From contig CT868152.1 of NCBI GenBank assembly GCA_000165425.1, positions 310,001-374,000 of the forward strand: a DNA stretch of 64,000 nucleotides, given 5' to 3'. The notes beneath the pieces are model-generated. The model worked only from the letters and a program-made list of their open reading frames with translations, searched no databases and was not told where the DNA came from. Both the position numbers and the translations under genes were made by a program. The DNA is from Paramecium tetraurelia. Its lineage: Eukaryota. Each line of letters opens with the position of its first letter. Position 1 is the first letter of the stretch. Positions 25,052-39,578 of the stretch are shown here, in pieces.

Positions 25052-27875
25052 TTAAATACTTACTCATTTGCCTCCTAGCTATCGTTACCAATGGTACAGT
25101 ATTGGGAATTGATTTCGGATCTGAATTCATCAAGGCAGTTTTAATAAGTCCAGGCAAGTCTTTCACAATCATTGAGAATACTACAAGCAAACGAAAAACA
25201 GAAAATGCTGTATGATCAATTATCTATGCTTAAGATTGCATTTTACAATAAGGAACGTTTGTATGAAAGTGATGGTGTTTCCAAGAAATCCAAATCTCCT
25301 AAGAATACATTTACATTCTTAAACAAATTTTTAGGAGCATTAGCGAATGACGAAAAACTCGTAGAAATTTCCAGACAGTCCTATGAAGACTTTAAAATAG
25401 AGATTGAAGAGGTAAAGATGCTAAACTTATGATTTTAGAGAGAAGGAACATTTGCCTTTGAAGTTGATGGTGTATAAGTAGAAGGAAAGGATACCATGAT
25501 AGTGAAGGTCGAAGAATTGGCAGGAATGGTTCTTAAATTTATAGCTAAGTTAGTGGATTTCAATCATTAGATCTAAATTAAAGATGTTGTATTGACAGTA
25601 CCAAGCGAATGGAATATAAGTCAGAGATCGTAATTTAAAATTAAATATTTTATGTAGTGCATTAAAATCAGCCGCTTAATTAGCAGAATTAGAAGTTTTA
25701 GGAATCATCAATGAAAATACAGCAGCTGCTCTATATTATGCCCTTGAACGTTCAGATGAAAACAAACACACTGCTCTATTCTATAACATAGGTTCATATA
25801 ATATTCAAGTGTCTTTGGTTGAATTCTAGGCTGTAGATGCTCAAAAGAAAAAGGTTGAAACATTAAGAGTTCTAGCTGACTATTCCATCCCAAATGCGGG
25901 TGGCTAATCTTTAGATCTCTTACTAGCAAATCATTTTGCAAGGGAATTCGATAATCAACCATCCAGAAAAGGAAAGAAGTCTATTTTTACAAACTCTAAA
26001 GCAATGAATAAACTATTGAAGGCAGCAAATAAATACAAGGAAATATTATCAGCAAACAAAGAGACTTAGGTTTATTTGGAAGGTTTGATTGATGGTGAGG
26101 ATTACACTACATCAATTTAGAGATCAACTTTTGAATCATTATTCGAAAATAAACTTTAATAATTAACAGAACCAATTAATTACGTTTTAGAAAAATGCAA
26201 CAAAACTAAAGAGGACATCAATATCGTTGAATTAATAGGTGGAGGCATTAGAGTTCCTAAGATCTAATAGGAGTTAGCTAATTACTTTGGAAGTGTAGAA
26301 GTTGGAACACATTTAAATGGTGATGAGTCTATGGCATTTGGTGCTGCATTCCATGCTGCTAATCTATCTCATTCATTCAAAGTTAGACCAGTTTAATTGA
26401 CTGACGGTTTTAGTTTCAGCAGTTCTATTGAAATTAATGGTGTTAATGATGACGATTATCATAAAGAATTCTCTTTGTTTGGATACAAGAAGAAATATGG
26501 AAGTACTAGATCTTTGGAATTCACTTATGATAAGAATTTAAGATTAGATATCTATGTGGAAAAAGATGGTTAGAAATCTAAATTAATGTCCTATCATTTA
26601 ACTAATATTACTAATGCCACAGAACTTAATTTCAGTAAACCAGAAATCTCACTTACTTTTAAATCCACATCAAATGAATTTATAAAGTTAGAAAGTGCTG
26701 AAATGAAAGTTGAGGAAATTAAATTAATTGAAATCAAACCTAATGTTACTACCACTAATACAACATCATCATAAGATAAAGATAAACCAACAAATAAAAC
26801 TGAAACAAATGATAATGAAAACACTGAAGAAGGTGATCTTTCTGAAGAAACTGAAAAGCAACAAGACGAACATCAATAATCAGAAGAACAACCAAAAGTT
26901 ACTGAATAAGTCGTTTAAGAACCTTAATTCAAAAAGTAGAAATTTATTCATACTTTCCCCATCAATTATACAATTACTCATCATGTAGTGTTAGGATTAA
27001 ATCAATAAGAGATTGATGATTCAAAAAAAATTATTAAATAATTTGAAACTGCTGAAGAAAATAGTAGAAAGTTAAGTGAAATTAAAAATAAATTGGAATC
27101 ACTTATTTATACAGTCAGAGAAGTCAAAGATGCTGAATATTTCTAAAAGGCTTCAACTGAAACAGAAAGAGCTGAAATCTTAAAGACAATCGAAGAACAC
27201 TCTGAATATCTTGATAGTGATGAGGCATGGACAGCTGATTTTGAAAAATTCAACACTAAGTTTACTTAATTGAATAATTTGTACTTATTATTACTAATTT
27301 AAATAGGTTAAAACCAATCCAAGTTAGATTAGATGAAGCTAAGGCTAGACCCTAGTTCATTAATGAAACAATCACAAAGTTGACTGATTTCCACAAGAAG
27401 GCCAATAATCTTAACTAAACTATGCCTTGGGTTCCTGAAGAGAAGAAAGTCAAATTCTTAGGACATCTTGCAAATACAACTGATTGGTTGAAATCCAAAT
27501 TAGAAGAACAAGAGAAGAGGGAATTGCACTAAGATCCAGCATTCTTAATTGAAGAATTGAAGAAAAAGATAGATAAAGTGAGCGAAGAGTACACTAAAAT
27601 TAAAGCCATAACTAAACCTAGAAAAGTATATAATATTATTATTATACAAGACTTAGGAATAAAAGGAGGAAGAGAAAAAGAAGAAGGAGGAGAAAAAGCA
27701 AACTAAAAAAGATGCAGAATCTGATTCAAAAAAGGGCTCAAAACAATAAGAATAAAGTTAACAAGATGAAAAAGAAGAATAATAAAACTAGCAATAATAA
27801 TAAGATGAAAATTTTTAAGATTAATAGGATAGTCAGACCTAAGGAGACGGCGATCCAACAATTGAGGATTTGTGA
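25048..27875 (+). CDS. HYOU1: ER luminal Hsp70-family chaperone / nucleotide exchange factor GRP170 (HYOU1/Lhs1)
   Basis: Signal peptide; VLGIDFGSEFIK...NTTSKRKT, INENTAAAL, ELIGGGIRVPKIQ, HLNGDESMAFGA, KNKLESLIY; acidic insert; C-terminal IEDL retention-like signal; several introns. Confidence 0.92.
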
Positions 27876-27930
27876 TATAGATAATTCAGATATATTATAA
27901 ATATATTATAAATCATATAAAAATAAATGA

Positions 27931-29074
27931 TCAGAAATTACTTTCAATCTCTTAACTGCTATCCAAATTTTTAAGCATAGATTTTGTTACTTTTAGCAGG
28001 GTCAATACTCTATGGCATCAACAAATTAAAAATTTGCCTTAAAATTGAAGAAGCGGTTTGGCATAATTAATTTATAAATTACCGTTAATTGTTCATTGTT
28101 TTCTCGTTGAAATGAAAAAATCATGAATTGTCATAATTCATTATTTTTCACCATTTTTAGACTTAATTTAGCTATATTCATGCTAATACTTCCTTCAGCA
28201 GTATTAAAAGACGATTTATTTAATGATTAAGAGATATCCTCAATCAATTTTTGCCTTTATTACTTATTATTTCTAGCAATAGTCATATTATTTACCGTTG
28301 AATTCAATTATGCTTAAGAATTTTAAGAATTAATTCCCTTATAAGCTTTTTAGTATTTTTTAATGATTTGCACTTTATTTTAAAATCATATCCTATCTTA
28401 TGTAATATAATCTTAAAATAGTTATTTCGACAGGTTTTAGTAAACTATTTAAAGATCAACATTATTGAATTTATTTTATCTCAATAAATAAATATGAAAA
28501 TATTAAAAAAACATCAATTCAGAATAGGTGGATACTTTTTATACTTTCTTTTGCATTAGTTTATTAGCTTTTCTTTTACGCTAGTAATTTCCTATTAAAA
28601 TTGTTGTTTGAATTAAGTTAAATGTAATTTTAAGGGTTTTTATTAGTTTGATTTAAATTCACTTTATTCTGTATATAATCTTTAAATTTTTTTTGTGGCT
28701 TTTTCTTAAGAACCATATCTATCTTTCTTAATCGGTAAATTTATTTATTGTTGATAATAATTATCAATTATTTAGTAGAAATTGAATGGGTTTTCTGGGC
28801 TTATCTCTTAATCTATTGACTAATTTATTTTTTGAGTTATTTTCTTTAAATGTGAAGAACTTGATGAAGCAGTAGTAGACTTTTACCTATCAGATATATC
28901 TTCATATATAATTAATGGTTATGGTTTTTTATGATTTTTCTCATCCTCACCAAAAACTAATTTCTAGGAATCTAAAATTGGATATAAGGATGAGGACTCC
29001 CCCTTGGATTAGGATTTCAAGAAAATTCTAAGTTTGAAGTTATTTGAGTTAGAAGCTTAGTTATTCGTTTTCAT
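27931..29074 (-). CDS. Uncharacterised protein
   Basis: MKTNNQASNSNNFKLRIFLK... long frame in the ciliate code with a coiled-coil-like middle, ending QEIESNF-TGA. Internal introns were not fully resolved. Confidence 0.55.
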
Positions 29075-29394
29075 TGATAGATTATTAATAATAATTTCAT
29101 TTAATTTATCGGCGCTTTTTTCTTCACAATTACGTAAGCCCGAATAGTGATATTTGAATTGCTGTAGAAAAATATTATGAAAATTTCAAAATTTACAAAT
29201 ATTTATTGTTGATGAATGCAGAAAATTATATAAATTTCTAAAATGCTATTAGTATTAAATAATTAGAATTATATTAGGGTAAGGAGATTATTCATGAAAG
29301 AAGATTATTAAAAGAAAATAAATGAATAATTAATTAATAAAATATGATAATTTGATTACTATAATTTACATAGTTAATTACATTTTTATTTAAC

Positions 29395-32300
29395 TCATTT
29401 ATTTTTTTTCGGTTGTTATTTCTTTAATTGCTTCTCTTTTTATTTCATTTAAAGCATTCCAACTCCTGTTAATTTAACTCCTGGCAACATTGTTTGAACA
29501 ATTTCTTCATCTGTTATCATTTTTAATAGTTGTTTCTCTTGATTGGTTATATCCTTATTGACCTAGAAGAAATTTAAGATTTCTTTTCCAGCTGAAAAAT
29601 TTCATATGAAAAATTACCTTTTCCTTTTTTTAAAGAACCAGGCGCAATTTTAATCTTGAATTTATAATTTCCTAACACTGAATATGGAGCTACCATAGGA
29701 ATAAGACTTAAATATTTATCTAATAAATAAGCATAAAATTAATACCATCAGCATAGAGATAAGAGACAAGTTTTTACATTTCAGAATACTCGATATTCTC
29801 ATCCTCTTATTCAGGTTATTTTTCTTATTTTTCATCATCACTATCTACCTCTTCTTATTTATTATCTGCATTTTCTGGGTCTTTTTATTATAAAACCTCT
29901 TGTTGTTCTTATTATTATTATTGTTCTAATTATTATTATTATTATTATTATTGTTCTAATTATTATTATTATTGTTATTATTATTATTGTTGTTATTGTT
30001 CTTCATTTAATTTAATAGCTTCTTATGATTATTGATCAGGATTAGTTTCTTTTGTAACTTCTATACCTTATTACTTCAGCAATTTTACTGTAATAGACTC
30101 TTATTTTAATTATTATTTTTTATAGTATTCTTTATCTTTTGGTTATCCATCCTACTATTGTGTTTACTCCTATTCTTATTTTTTTGGCTCATTTTTATCT
30201 TTCTTTTTTTTTTCAGGTCTTGCTTCATTTTTCATATAAGTTGCTCCCATTAACTTTTATCTTAATTCTCTCTCTTCATCAGATTAGTCAGCATATTTTT
30301 CTTTCACTTTTTTCATTTTATTTTTTTTGCCTCTTACTTGTTATGTTTTTGGATTTTTCTAATTTTTTTTATCATCCTCAGAACTCTCAGCTTCAACCTC
30401 TTTAACATTTTATTTTTGCTACTGTTATTTAGGAGGTTATTATTATTTTGTTTATTATTATTATTATTATTTTGGTTATTGTTTAGGTTATTATTATTAG
30501 GTTTATTGTTTTTGCTATTATTCTTTTTCTTTCTATTTTTTATCGTTTCTTTATTAAATCATTCTTGCATTAGGATTGACTTCAACAATAGTATATTCCT
30601 TATCTCCTTATTAAATAGTCTGAACAGAGTTAGTTTTTTCTAGATCAATTAAATCTACTTTATTATCATCTTCATTATTGTCTTCATTATCATCATTATC
30701 AGAATCTAGTATATTTTTCTCAGTAATTTCACTTTCATTTTATTCAGATTCATCAACCTAAGATTGTTCTTCTCTTAATTTCTTCTTTCTTTCCTCTTCA
30801 TGTCTCTTAATACTATCTTAATCCAATTGATATAAAATTGTGCAACCCATTTCTAATCTAGGAGGATAAATAAAATTCTTTTTTCCATAAATCATAAATG
30901 AACCAGCTGGTATATTCATACCTGTAGGTGCACTTTTACTAACTTAAGACGCATGAACCCACCAAGCAGATACAACTATCTTAGCATCCCAAGATTTTGA
31001 TCTACAGATTGTTGCTGTAGCTGCTTACATTATTGTTGCCTCAGGAATAGGGCCTTCACTAGGATTCTTTACAATAGTTGAAGCTGATCCATAAATATCA
31101 GCATGCATGTAGATATCATCCTTATTCATATATCTTTTAACAATCATTTCATTCTATTGTACATCCTTACCACTTATTACCAAATATCCATCTGAAGAAA
31201 TAAACCAAAAGAATTTTTCAAACCAATACTTTTTTCTTTAATTTTACACTTTTTATATTTTATTTTTCTCTCTCTCTATTTCCTTCAAAGCAGTTTTCTC
31301 AGCTTATTTCAATGCTTGCTCTACTGCCTCCTTTGTTTTTATTTCCTTATCTCTATTTTTCTTCTTGCTTTCATAATACTTTCTGGCATTTTGATAAGCA
31401 GATTAAGTTATATCAATTTCTATTTAAATCAAGTCTGAATATTCATCATCTTTATTACCTAATAATATTGTCACTTTGTTTTATTTCTAATCAAATAAAT
31501 ATATATAAATACCAAATTCATTCCACCTATCATATTTGAAAGTGGGTTTCCTTCTTTTTTGCTATCATTAATCATTCTTTGTATCTTATCCCAAGGAATA
31601 CCATTTTCAATCATTTTCTGAATAATATCTATAATTGCTTAGACATCATTAATATTTTCTTAAATGAGTCCTGCCTTCATTATATATTCGTCCTGTTCCT
31701 CCTGTAATTTCTGAATTCTACTCATTTAATCCTATTTAATATTTTCAAACTTCTTCCAAGCTATATCCTCAATAGACTGCTTATTTTCTTCCTGCCTATC
31801 AACAACTAGAAAGTATTGATGCACAGCCTAATTGAAAGTAGGTGTTTCTACGACATATTTTCCCTAATAATAAGCAGGTTAATCAGCAGCGAAATCAAAA
31901 AATTTAGGTTTCTATTCAGCATCTTTTGGTGCTTCCTTTGCACATAAATATCCTTTATATTGAGTCTAAGCACGATATTTATTTATATAATCCATTGCAA
32001 AATCCACTACTTTCTTTACACTATCAAATTGATTCACAATCTTTTCATTTTAATTCATATTCAACTATTATATTATATCATCTGTTAATGATTAATGTAA
32101 ACAGGGAACTAACTTAAATACTACTTCCTTTAACTTTTGCCCTTATTTTTCGCTTATCACCTTTTGAATTCTTTCCATTGATGTATCAAACTTCTCGAGA
32201 TAATTAGTTGCTGTGTATTCAAAAGGATAAATCTCATTAGGAGCAACTCTTATAATGTATTACATTAATACTTCACATTTTCAGAAAACTCATGTTGTCT

Positions 32301-32734
32301 AGTCAATTAAATAATCCTGTAATCTTTGTCCGCTAGTATGATATTTCCTTAAGAGTATAATTCCAGTATTAGATAGTAAGTATGATCTTCTCTACCAAAA
32401 GTAAACACAACCACTCTTTCAACTCCAATTTATTCAATGCTTTCTAATCTTCTACTCCTAAGAAACTTTCTAAATTTCATTGTGAAACCTGAAGGTACTT
32501 TATTTTTCTCTATTGTATCAGAAAGATTAAATCTCAACCCATTTTCTATAACCAGATAAGATTTCGATTCCTGAAGAGAAAATTTGAAAACATACGTTTT
32601 AGCATCAATATTGTAAATATTTGAAAGCCTTTTTATTAATTAAGTACATACCTAGTGCCTATTAGCTTTTACTTTAGTTCTGTCACTAGCGCCATTATGT
32701 CTAGAGCTGTAAGCCTTATTTTGTTTTTCATCAT
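29395..32734 (-). CDS. NEMF: Ribosome quality control protein NEMF/Rqc2
   Basis: MMKNKIRLTALDIMALV...[83 protein letters not shown]; C-terminal APYSVL..YKFKIKIAPGSLKKGK. Confidence 0.95.
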
Positions 32735-33441
32735 AATTATAAATAAATTATTAAAGAATTTTAATTATCATTTTTCATTTATTGGCATTCTGATTTTTCT
32801 TCAATAACCTATTAGTTAATTGATTTAAATTTAGTCTCAAATAGATTCTATTAAAATATAATGAGATTATTGTAAAATAATTGCTATTGATTAAAATTAA
32901 GAATTAATTCATGCTTATCTCACCAAGTTTTAAATAATGCAATACTTCTGTTGAGAAAATTAAGTGAAATCAGATTTTATATGCTATAATAAGATCAATT
33001 ATTATTATTTTCATTGGATTCCATCATTTAATGACAAGTTAATTACCTGCTATTACCTGCTATTATACTAAGAAAAATATACTCTATTCTATAGTTATGT
33101 CAAATTTTTTGTCAAAATAAAAAGGCATAAATCTAAATAAGCATTTCGACTTTAATTATTTAATATATAGCTATTTATAAAAATGTGTTTGATTGAACAA
33201 TTTTTAAGAATATGGCTTATTCAAAAGAAATAATTTTTTATTTAATAGATTATACAGAAGAGTTAAGAATATTCTAGAACATAAAAATAGAGTTATTTCC
33301 ATTCTTTTTTTATGAGGATTGTGTTAATGCAAGAAGATAATGATATCATGATAAACAATAGTCAATAGGAGCATATAATTGATTTTAGCGCAAATTTGGT
33401 TTAAAAAATTTTAAAATAAATTTTAAAAAATTAGTTCGTGA

Positions 33442-36400
33442 ATGCAAACCTAAGACTTGGGATATTTAATCAATGCCTTATAGTTAACATATGGAACATC
33501 ATAAGAGAGTGTAAATAATGGAGAGGCTCTTTTAAAATAAGCATCTTTACAACCATTGTAATTAAAATCCTCCAAATTTTTAGATATGCCATTTCATTAT
33601 TAAGGATAGTGGATGATTAAACACAGCCAGAATTATTGAGACAAAGTGCTGTTGTCAACTTGAAAACATTTTTAGAAAAGCATTGGGCTGATAAGAAAGA
33701 ACCAGGCCACTTTGTTGTAAGTGGAGAAGAAAAAAGTGTGATTCGAGCAACCATTATTGACGCTTTAGCAAGGTAGCTTAATAATTTAATGTAGGTGTAT
33801 CTAAGTCAAGAAGTTAAGATCATAATATGAAGATCTGATATACAAATTGGTAGCTATAGACTTTCCTAATGATTGGCCTTAATTAGTACAATAATTAGTA
33901 ATTAAATTACAAAACTTCACCTCATATGAAGACCTTTGGAGTGCATTGCTTACATTAAGACGTGCATGCGAAGTCCATTAATTTTTATTGGAAAATGATC
34001 GTAAACCATTGGAACCATTAGTTGCTTCAACATTTCCTATTTTGGAAACTCTGATTCAAAAGTTTTTAGAAGGGTACAATGAATAGAGTGGATAACTCGT
34101 AAAGGTGATTTTGAAGATATTCCATCACGCAACTCATTTAGTGATGCCTATATATATGAGAGATTACAATGCAGTAGCTAAATGGATGCTTTATTTCAAG
34201 ACAATTATACAAGCACCTCCCCCTCCTGAGTTATCAACTTTAACTTAAGATTCTGAAGAAGAAACCAGAAGAGAAAAAACATATATATGGACAAATAAGA
34301 AATGGGCAAGCAGAATCATATTGAGATTCATTTAGAAATTTGCCAATAAAAAAATGGTCGAATCAAATATGGCTGAGTTTGCAGAACACATTAAATCAAC
34401 TTATGCCATAGGGTTTATGGAAATATTTTATAAGATTTTAACAGATAACACTTAATTCTAGGGACCTAGAACTTGCTTGTTTGCTCTCAAATATTTATTC
34501 TACTCTTTAAAATTAGACAATACAAAGGAATTACTCAAGCCTCATTATGACAAACTTCTATATCACATTGCTATTCCAAAAATGCAATTGACTCCAAGAG
34601 ATGATTAATTGTGGAAAAATGACCCTGAAGAATATATCAAAAGATTAGACGATTTCTCTCTTTCAACTTACAATATCAAGAACCCTGCCAATGATATTCT
34701 TTAAGAAGTTTGTCAATAAAAAGATGTAAATGGCAATTTGATGTTGATTTCATTTCTTAATTATTGTTAAACTGCCTTTAGCACTAATATTGATCCATTA
34801 ACAAATCAACCTTTAGATCTTCTCAAAAAGGAAGCATTATTATCGGGTATTGAAAGTTTGGTTCACTAAATCTCAAAAATCAACTCCATTCAGGGTGGTT
34901 TAGAATAAATCTTAGAGAAGTTCATTCTATAAGAGTTCTCAAACCCAGTTGGATTTTTAAGGGCTAGAGCATGCCATTTATTCAATGAATATGGCTCTAT
35001 TGAATTCAAAAATAAACAAAACATATAATTGGCAGTATAGGGAATATCGAAATGTATATTAGATAAAGAATTACCAGTCAGAGTTGCTGCAGCTATAGCA
35101 TTTAGTTCAATTCTTAAACACAAGGAAGCTTAAGATTTGATAAGGCCTTAATTAAGTTAGGTGTTGGAAATATATATTAAATTGATGGAATTGATTGATA
35201 ATGAAAAGATTGTAAGATCACTAGAAGAAATAGTTAAGAATTTTACAAATGAAATCACTCCTTATGCTCATTAATTATCTGCTCATATTGCTACTATCTT
35301 CTAAAAGTATTGCAACAAATAGAATTAAGGAGATGGTGATTCTGATGACGACGGTGAAGCTGAATTAGCTGCATCAGGATGTTTAGAGGCCATCAAAAGA
35401 ATCCTTAACGCTCCACTCCAATAAGAGTCTTATATATAATTGGAATCAGTTATCTTTCCAATTATTAATTTTGCTTTAACAGAAACTGGCTGTGACTTCA
35501 TTAATGAGGCTTTAGAGATCTTGAACATAATGCTTTATAAAAGAAAACAATTGACTCCAGGTTTATGGTTCTATTACCCAGTCTTGTGTTACATCATATT
35601 GGGAATCCCTGAGGAAACCAATGTTTATAGTATCTAAGGTTTATCAGAGGATTAATATGTGTTGTTAGAAGGATGCAAGAAAGATTGGGGAAGTGAATTT
35701 GTTTCCTAGATGTTGGGATCCTTCAGAAACTATATCTAAAAAGGAGGAGCCACTTTTTTGACTTAAAATGATTTCTTTGGAAATTCATTTATTTCCTTGA
35801 TCTTTAGATTCATATAAAAAATTTATGCTATTGCTGACAATGGAAATGATGAAACAGACTAAAATTAAGTTACCACAATACTGATTGCTTTAATTGAAAA
35901 TTACCCTGGTTAAATAGACAATCTGATTCCATAAATCGTGGACTTTACATTACTTAATTTATAAGTAATTATTTCAATTTATTATTTATTAGAAAGAGAA
36001 AAAAACTAGTAGATTCAAAATTGTCAATATTGGAGTTTTGTGCATGTGTATTTGGTATAATCCTAATCTTGCTGTTAATTACTTAAACAGTAAAGGATTG
36101 ACAGATCAGATCCTCTAAACTATGCTTTAAATGGAAAAGTTCTATAAATATGAATGGGATATCAATAGATTAATCTTCGCTCTTTGCTAATTGTATTCTC
36201 TACCTCAAATACCTAATTTTTTATTGTCAACATCATCAGAAGTTGGAAAATTATTTGTGAGATTATCAACAAAAATATTGGATTTACGAGAAGAAGAGGA
36301 ATCTTGTGATTAAGAAGATTAAGCCGAAGAGGAGGAGGATCTTAAAAAAACTATTGAAAAAATCTAAGATTTAGAATAGGATGATGATGAAGATGACGAA

Positions 36401-36637
36401 GATTATGATGAAGGTGATGATGATTATGCCGAACTCTATGATAGTCCACTTGAAGATTACGATGCCATTTTATTAATGGAAAAATTAGTTTTGACTTTAC
36501 AATAAAATAATCAGTAATTGTATGCTGCCTTGTTCTCTTAATTGAATCAATAAGAATAAGAACAAATGACCAAAAATATTAAAGATGCTAAGGAATAATA
36601 TGATGAATGGCTTAAATAGAAGTCATAAAATAAGTGA
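33442..36637 (+). CDS. IPO7: Importin-7/8 (importin-beta family, Nmd5/Sxm1-like)
   Basis: RQSAVVNLKTFLEKHW, IDFPNDWPQL, WTNKKWASRI, LWKNDPEEYIK, FLRARACHLF, LPVRVAAAIA and acidic C-terminal loops; three small introns. Confidence 0.9.
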
Positions 36638-36893
36638 TATTTGTTTATATATCATGAAATCTATTTTCAAAATATTTTCATTTTCATTATCTTTATTTCT
36701 ATAATTAGTATGATTTTAATTGAAATAATTTCTCAATAATGCAGAACATTGTTTCATAGATACGATTTTATTTTACTTTTCTAAAGACGTAGTTTAATTA
36801 ATTTTCAAATTAAGAAACAGTTATAAATCACTTATAATATCATCTAAAATTATTATAAATTAAACTTGATTTATAATATTAATTTAAATTGGA

Positions 36894-37492
36894 ATGCAAT
36901 AATAATAAACAAACTAGTAAGAGTTAAGATAGATTTTTTAATTGTTTTCTTAGGATGGAGCAGAGGATATTAACATAGCTCAAATTAATTAAATGATAAA
37001 AGAATTAGAAACCATAAATATGGATTCCCAATCTATTAATGTGCCTTTCTAACCAGGTCGAAGATTAGCCAAAAAAGGGAATTCAAATGAAAATTTAGAA
37101 GATGCTTAAAAAGACAGTTCCCCTAAATCGCCAACTTATGTATCGGTAACTGAACTCAAGTATAGAATTATTCAAATATAGATATTTCCCAAATAATAAG
37201 ACCACTATGTAATTTTCAGATTTCTCAGAACTTTTTAATGAATGCATGTCTAATAAAGACTAACACGATGAATTATTAGAAAGCGCATTTGCTATTTTTG
37301 ATTATGATAAATCTGGCCACATTGATTCAAAGAAAATAAGAAAAGTCTTTTAAAAATTCAAAGACAATACAAGTGAGGAAGAAATTCAAAGTAATTATAA
37401 GATTTTAGTTAGATGTTCTAAAATTTTGTGGCGTATTACATGATTAAATGTCATTATAAGAGTTTAAGGAATTTTTTAAAAAGAATTTATGA
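36894..37492 (+). CDS. Calmodulin/centrin-like EF-hand protein
   Basis: ELRQIFQLF..., ELLESAFAIFDYDKSGHIDSKKIRKVF (canonical-like EF loop) and MSLQEFKEFF; small introns. Confidence 0.75.
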
Positions 37493-38836
37493 TCATATAA
37501 AATATGATAAAAACTATTCAAACTCTACTGAATGTTTCCACAAAACTATAGTGAATGGAATTTTAGCTAAAAGTTCAACATAAGTTAGTGCTGTGACAAA
37601 TTTGTTAATGTGTTATTCTCCTTTGGTTATGCCGTTACTCTAAATTTATTTCAAATAAATACTCCTCCGCATAAATAAATCCAGAGTAAATCATAAAGGA
37701 ATAAGACAGCATTTAAATATGTGAATATTCTCATCCATTTTTGGTTAATTTCTCTCAAAATTAATAGTTACATCAAAACTGCTAATATTGTTAACTAATA
37801 TTGATGAAATGTTAATACTTCCAAGAATTAGCATCTATATAAACTAATCATCACCGATAACGCAACAACCAGTCCAGTTAATTTGTAAAATAACGGTACC
37901 CAATCTTATATTCTTTCTTACAATGCATCATTTAATGTATCCAAACATTTCAATTCAAATTCTTTAATTTCCAATATTGGAGGCAATTGTCTTATTTTGA
38001 TACATCCACCACTAAAAACCTTAGCAAGACAATTTAAGGCCTATTATGTTTCTTTGACTTCTAAAGTATTCTGGTTTATTTCGTGATTTAGTTTTTATTG
38101 CTCTTATTTGTATAGGCTTTCCTAAATTAGAAGAAACTTACTTTTGAATGATTAAACTTTAAAATCACATGCAATTTAGTTTTGATTTTCATATTATCTT
38201 ATCTCTATAAATTTACACTAATGTCTTTTAGTTTTTATTCTCTCAGCTCAGAAATCAAAAATTGAGTGTAACCAATCATATTGTCATTCATCTAGAATTG
38301 ATTCAATATCTTACGCTATCAAAAAGTGTTATTATAACATCCTAACAACCAGAATCAATGGGGAATTCAAATTATTCTTGGAATTATGGACTTACTCCTT
38401 TCATTGTTCTTGTCTTGTGTGTTTTTGGTCCGCAACAGATTTACAAATAAACGCTGGGATCTCTAGTTTCGATGTTTTGACAATCCATAATTTAAAGTGT
38501 TAAGGAGTTCTGTTACAAGGCATTCGAATTTAACTAATCACTCAATTGCTAATGCAATATTCTTAATTCTTTAATCTTATTATTTAATATTTCTGAACGA
38601 TATTATAGAGTATCGACTGTCTCATTGTATTAATTAATAAAACACTCTAAATCTATGACACCATTATTTAAAGATAACTCAATCAATTGTTGAAATAAAT
38701 GCTCATCATAAAAATGACCACACTTCATAAAAATCAATAGTAATACTTTTTACTTGAGGTATATATCGAATTGTTCTACCAAAATCTTGTTGGTTTAGAA
38801 TGCTGTAAACATTTCATTGTATTGTTGCTAATTCAT
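37493..38836 (-). CDS. C2-domain, multi-pass membrane protein (degenerate EF-like N-terminus, coiled coils, C-terminal TM helices)
   Basis: LTLQIMDCQNI..DPSVY...HKTRTMKGVSPQFQEQFEF...IGYTQFLISEL (C2 domain), then hydrophobic helices ending FVTALTYVELLAKIPFTIVLWK. Confidence 0.72.
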
Positions 38837-38915
38837 TTCAAATTCAAAATATTAAAGGGAATTATTAAATATTCAACATTAAATTTTAGAATCATGAAGA
38901 ACCATATTAAGATTA

Positions 38916-39578
38916 ATGAAAAACGAAAGTGAGAGCAGAGTTTCAATTGACAATTTATCAATCAATAAGGCTACAGCCCCTTTGGTCACAAATTACAAAT
39001 AATTGGTTTGTTGCTTAGTAAAATAAATGCTCTTTGATCTTGTGATTCCTGGATAAAAGATGTTCACAGAAGACAAGAAACAGAATTTGAGAAATTAAAT
39101 ATTATTCTATCAACAAGGCTTTGCAAGAAATATGAATGATGAATAAGCATATTCAGAATTAATTCTGTTGAGTACATCATCTCCTCAGTTTATAGAATTG
39201 CTCAAAATGACTTGCTTTAGTTTGATTGGGTAAAATCAAGAGATTGAAGCTTAAGTAAATAAAGAATTGAATAGAAGTATATCGTCGATTGAAACCTTTA
39301 GTGGTAACATCAAGATGATAGAAAAAAATGTCACTGTTAATTGGTCAACTAATAAACAAAAATTATACAGTAAGACTGTTATAGATATAATCATGAGAGG
39401 GTTTTTGCTAAGTTATATATTAGAGATAATCATCCGATCTTCCTTGAAATAAGACTTTACTTTCAACTTTTCTATTACTATTGAATACAATTAATGCTGT
39501 TTGGAGAAGGAAGTCTAGCCCTCATTTATGATTAACGATTAGACAACAATATATGAATTTAAATTTTATAAGTAATGA
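38916..39578 (+). CDS. Uncharacterised 220-aa protein, possibly a divergent TRAPP Bet3/Trs33-fold subunit
   Basis: Intronless 663-nt ORF. The pattern FIELLKMTCFSLIG...GNIKMIEKN..W...IIMRGFL...YEFKF loosely parallels TRAPPC6/Trs33 (inference). Confidence 0.6.

Noticed and set aside
30139..30643. Leu/Phe-rich 'membrane' ORFs on the + strand
   Set aside because: Antisense reading of Gln/Lys/Glu-rich NEMF coding sequence. The same artefact explains the ORFs at 46844-47720.
33043..33066. Short tandem duplication TTACCTGCTA x2
   Set aside because: Two copies only, with no spacers or terminal repeats; not a CRISPR array or mobile element.
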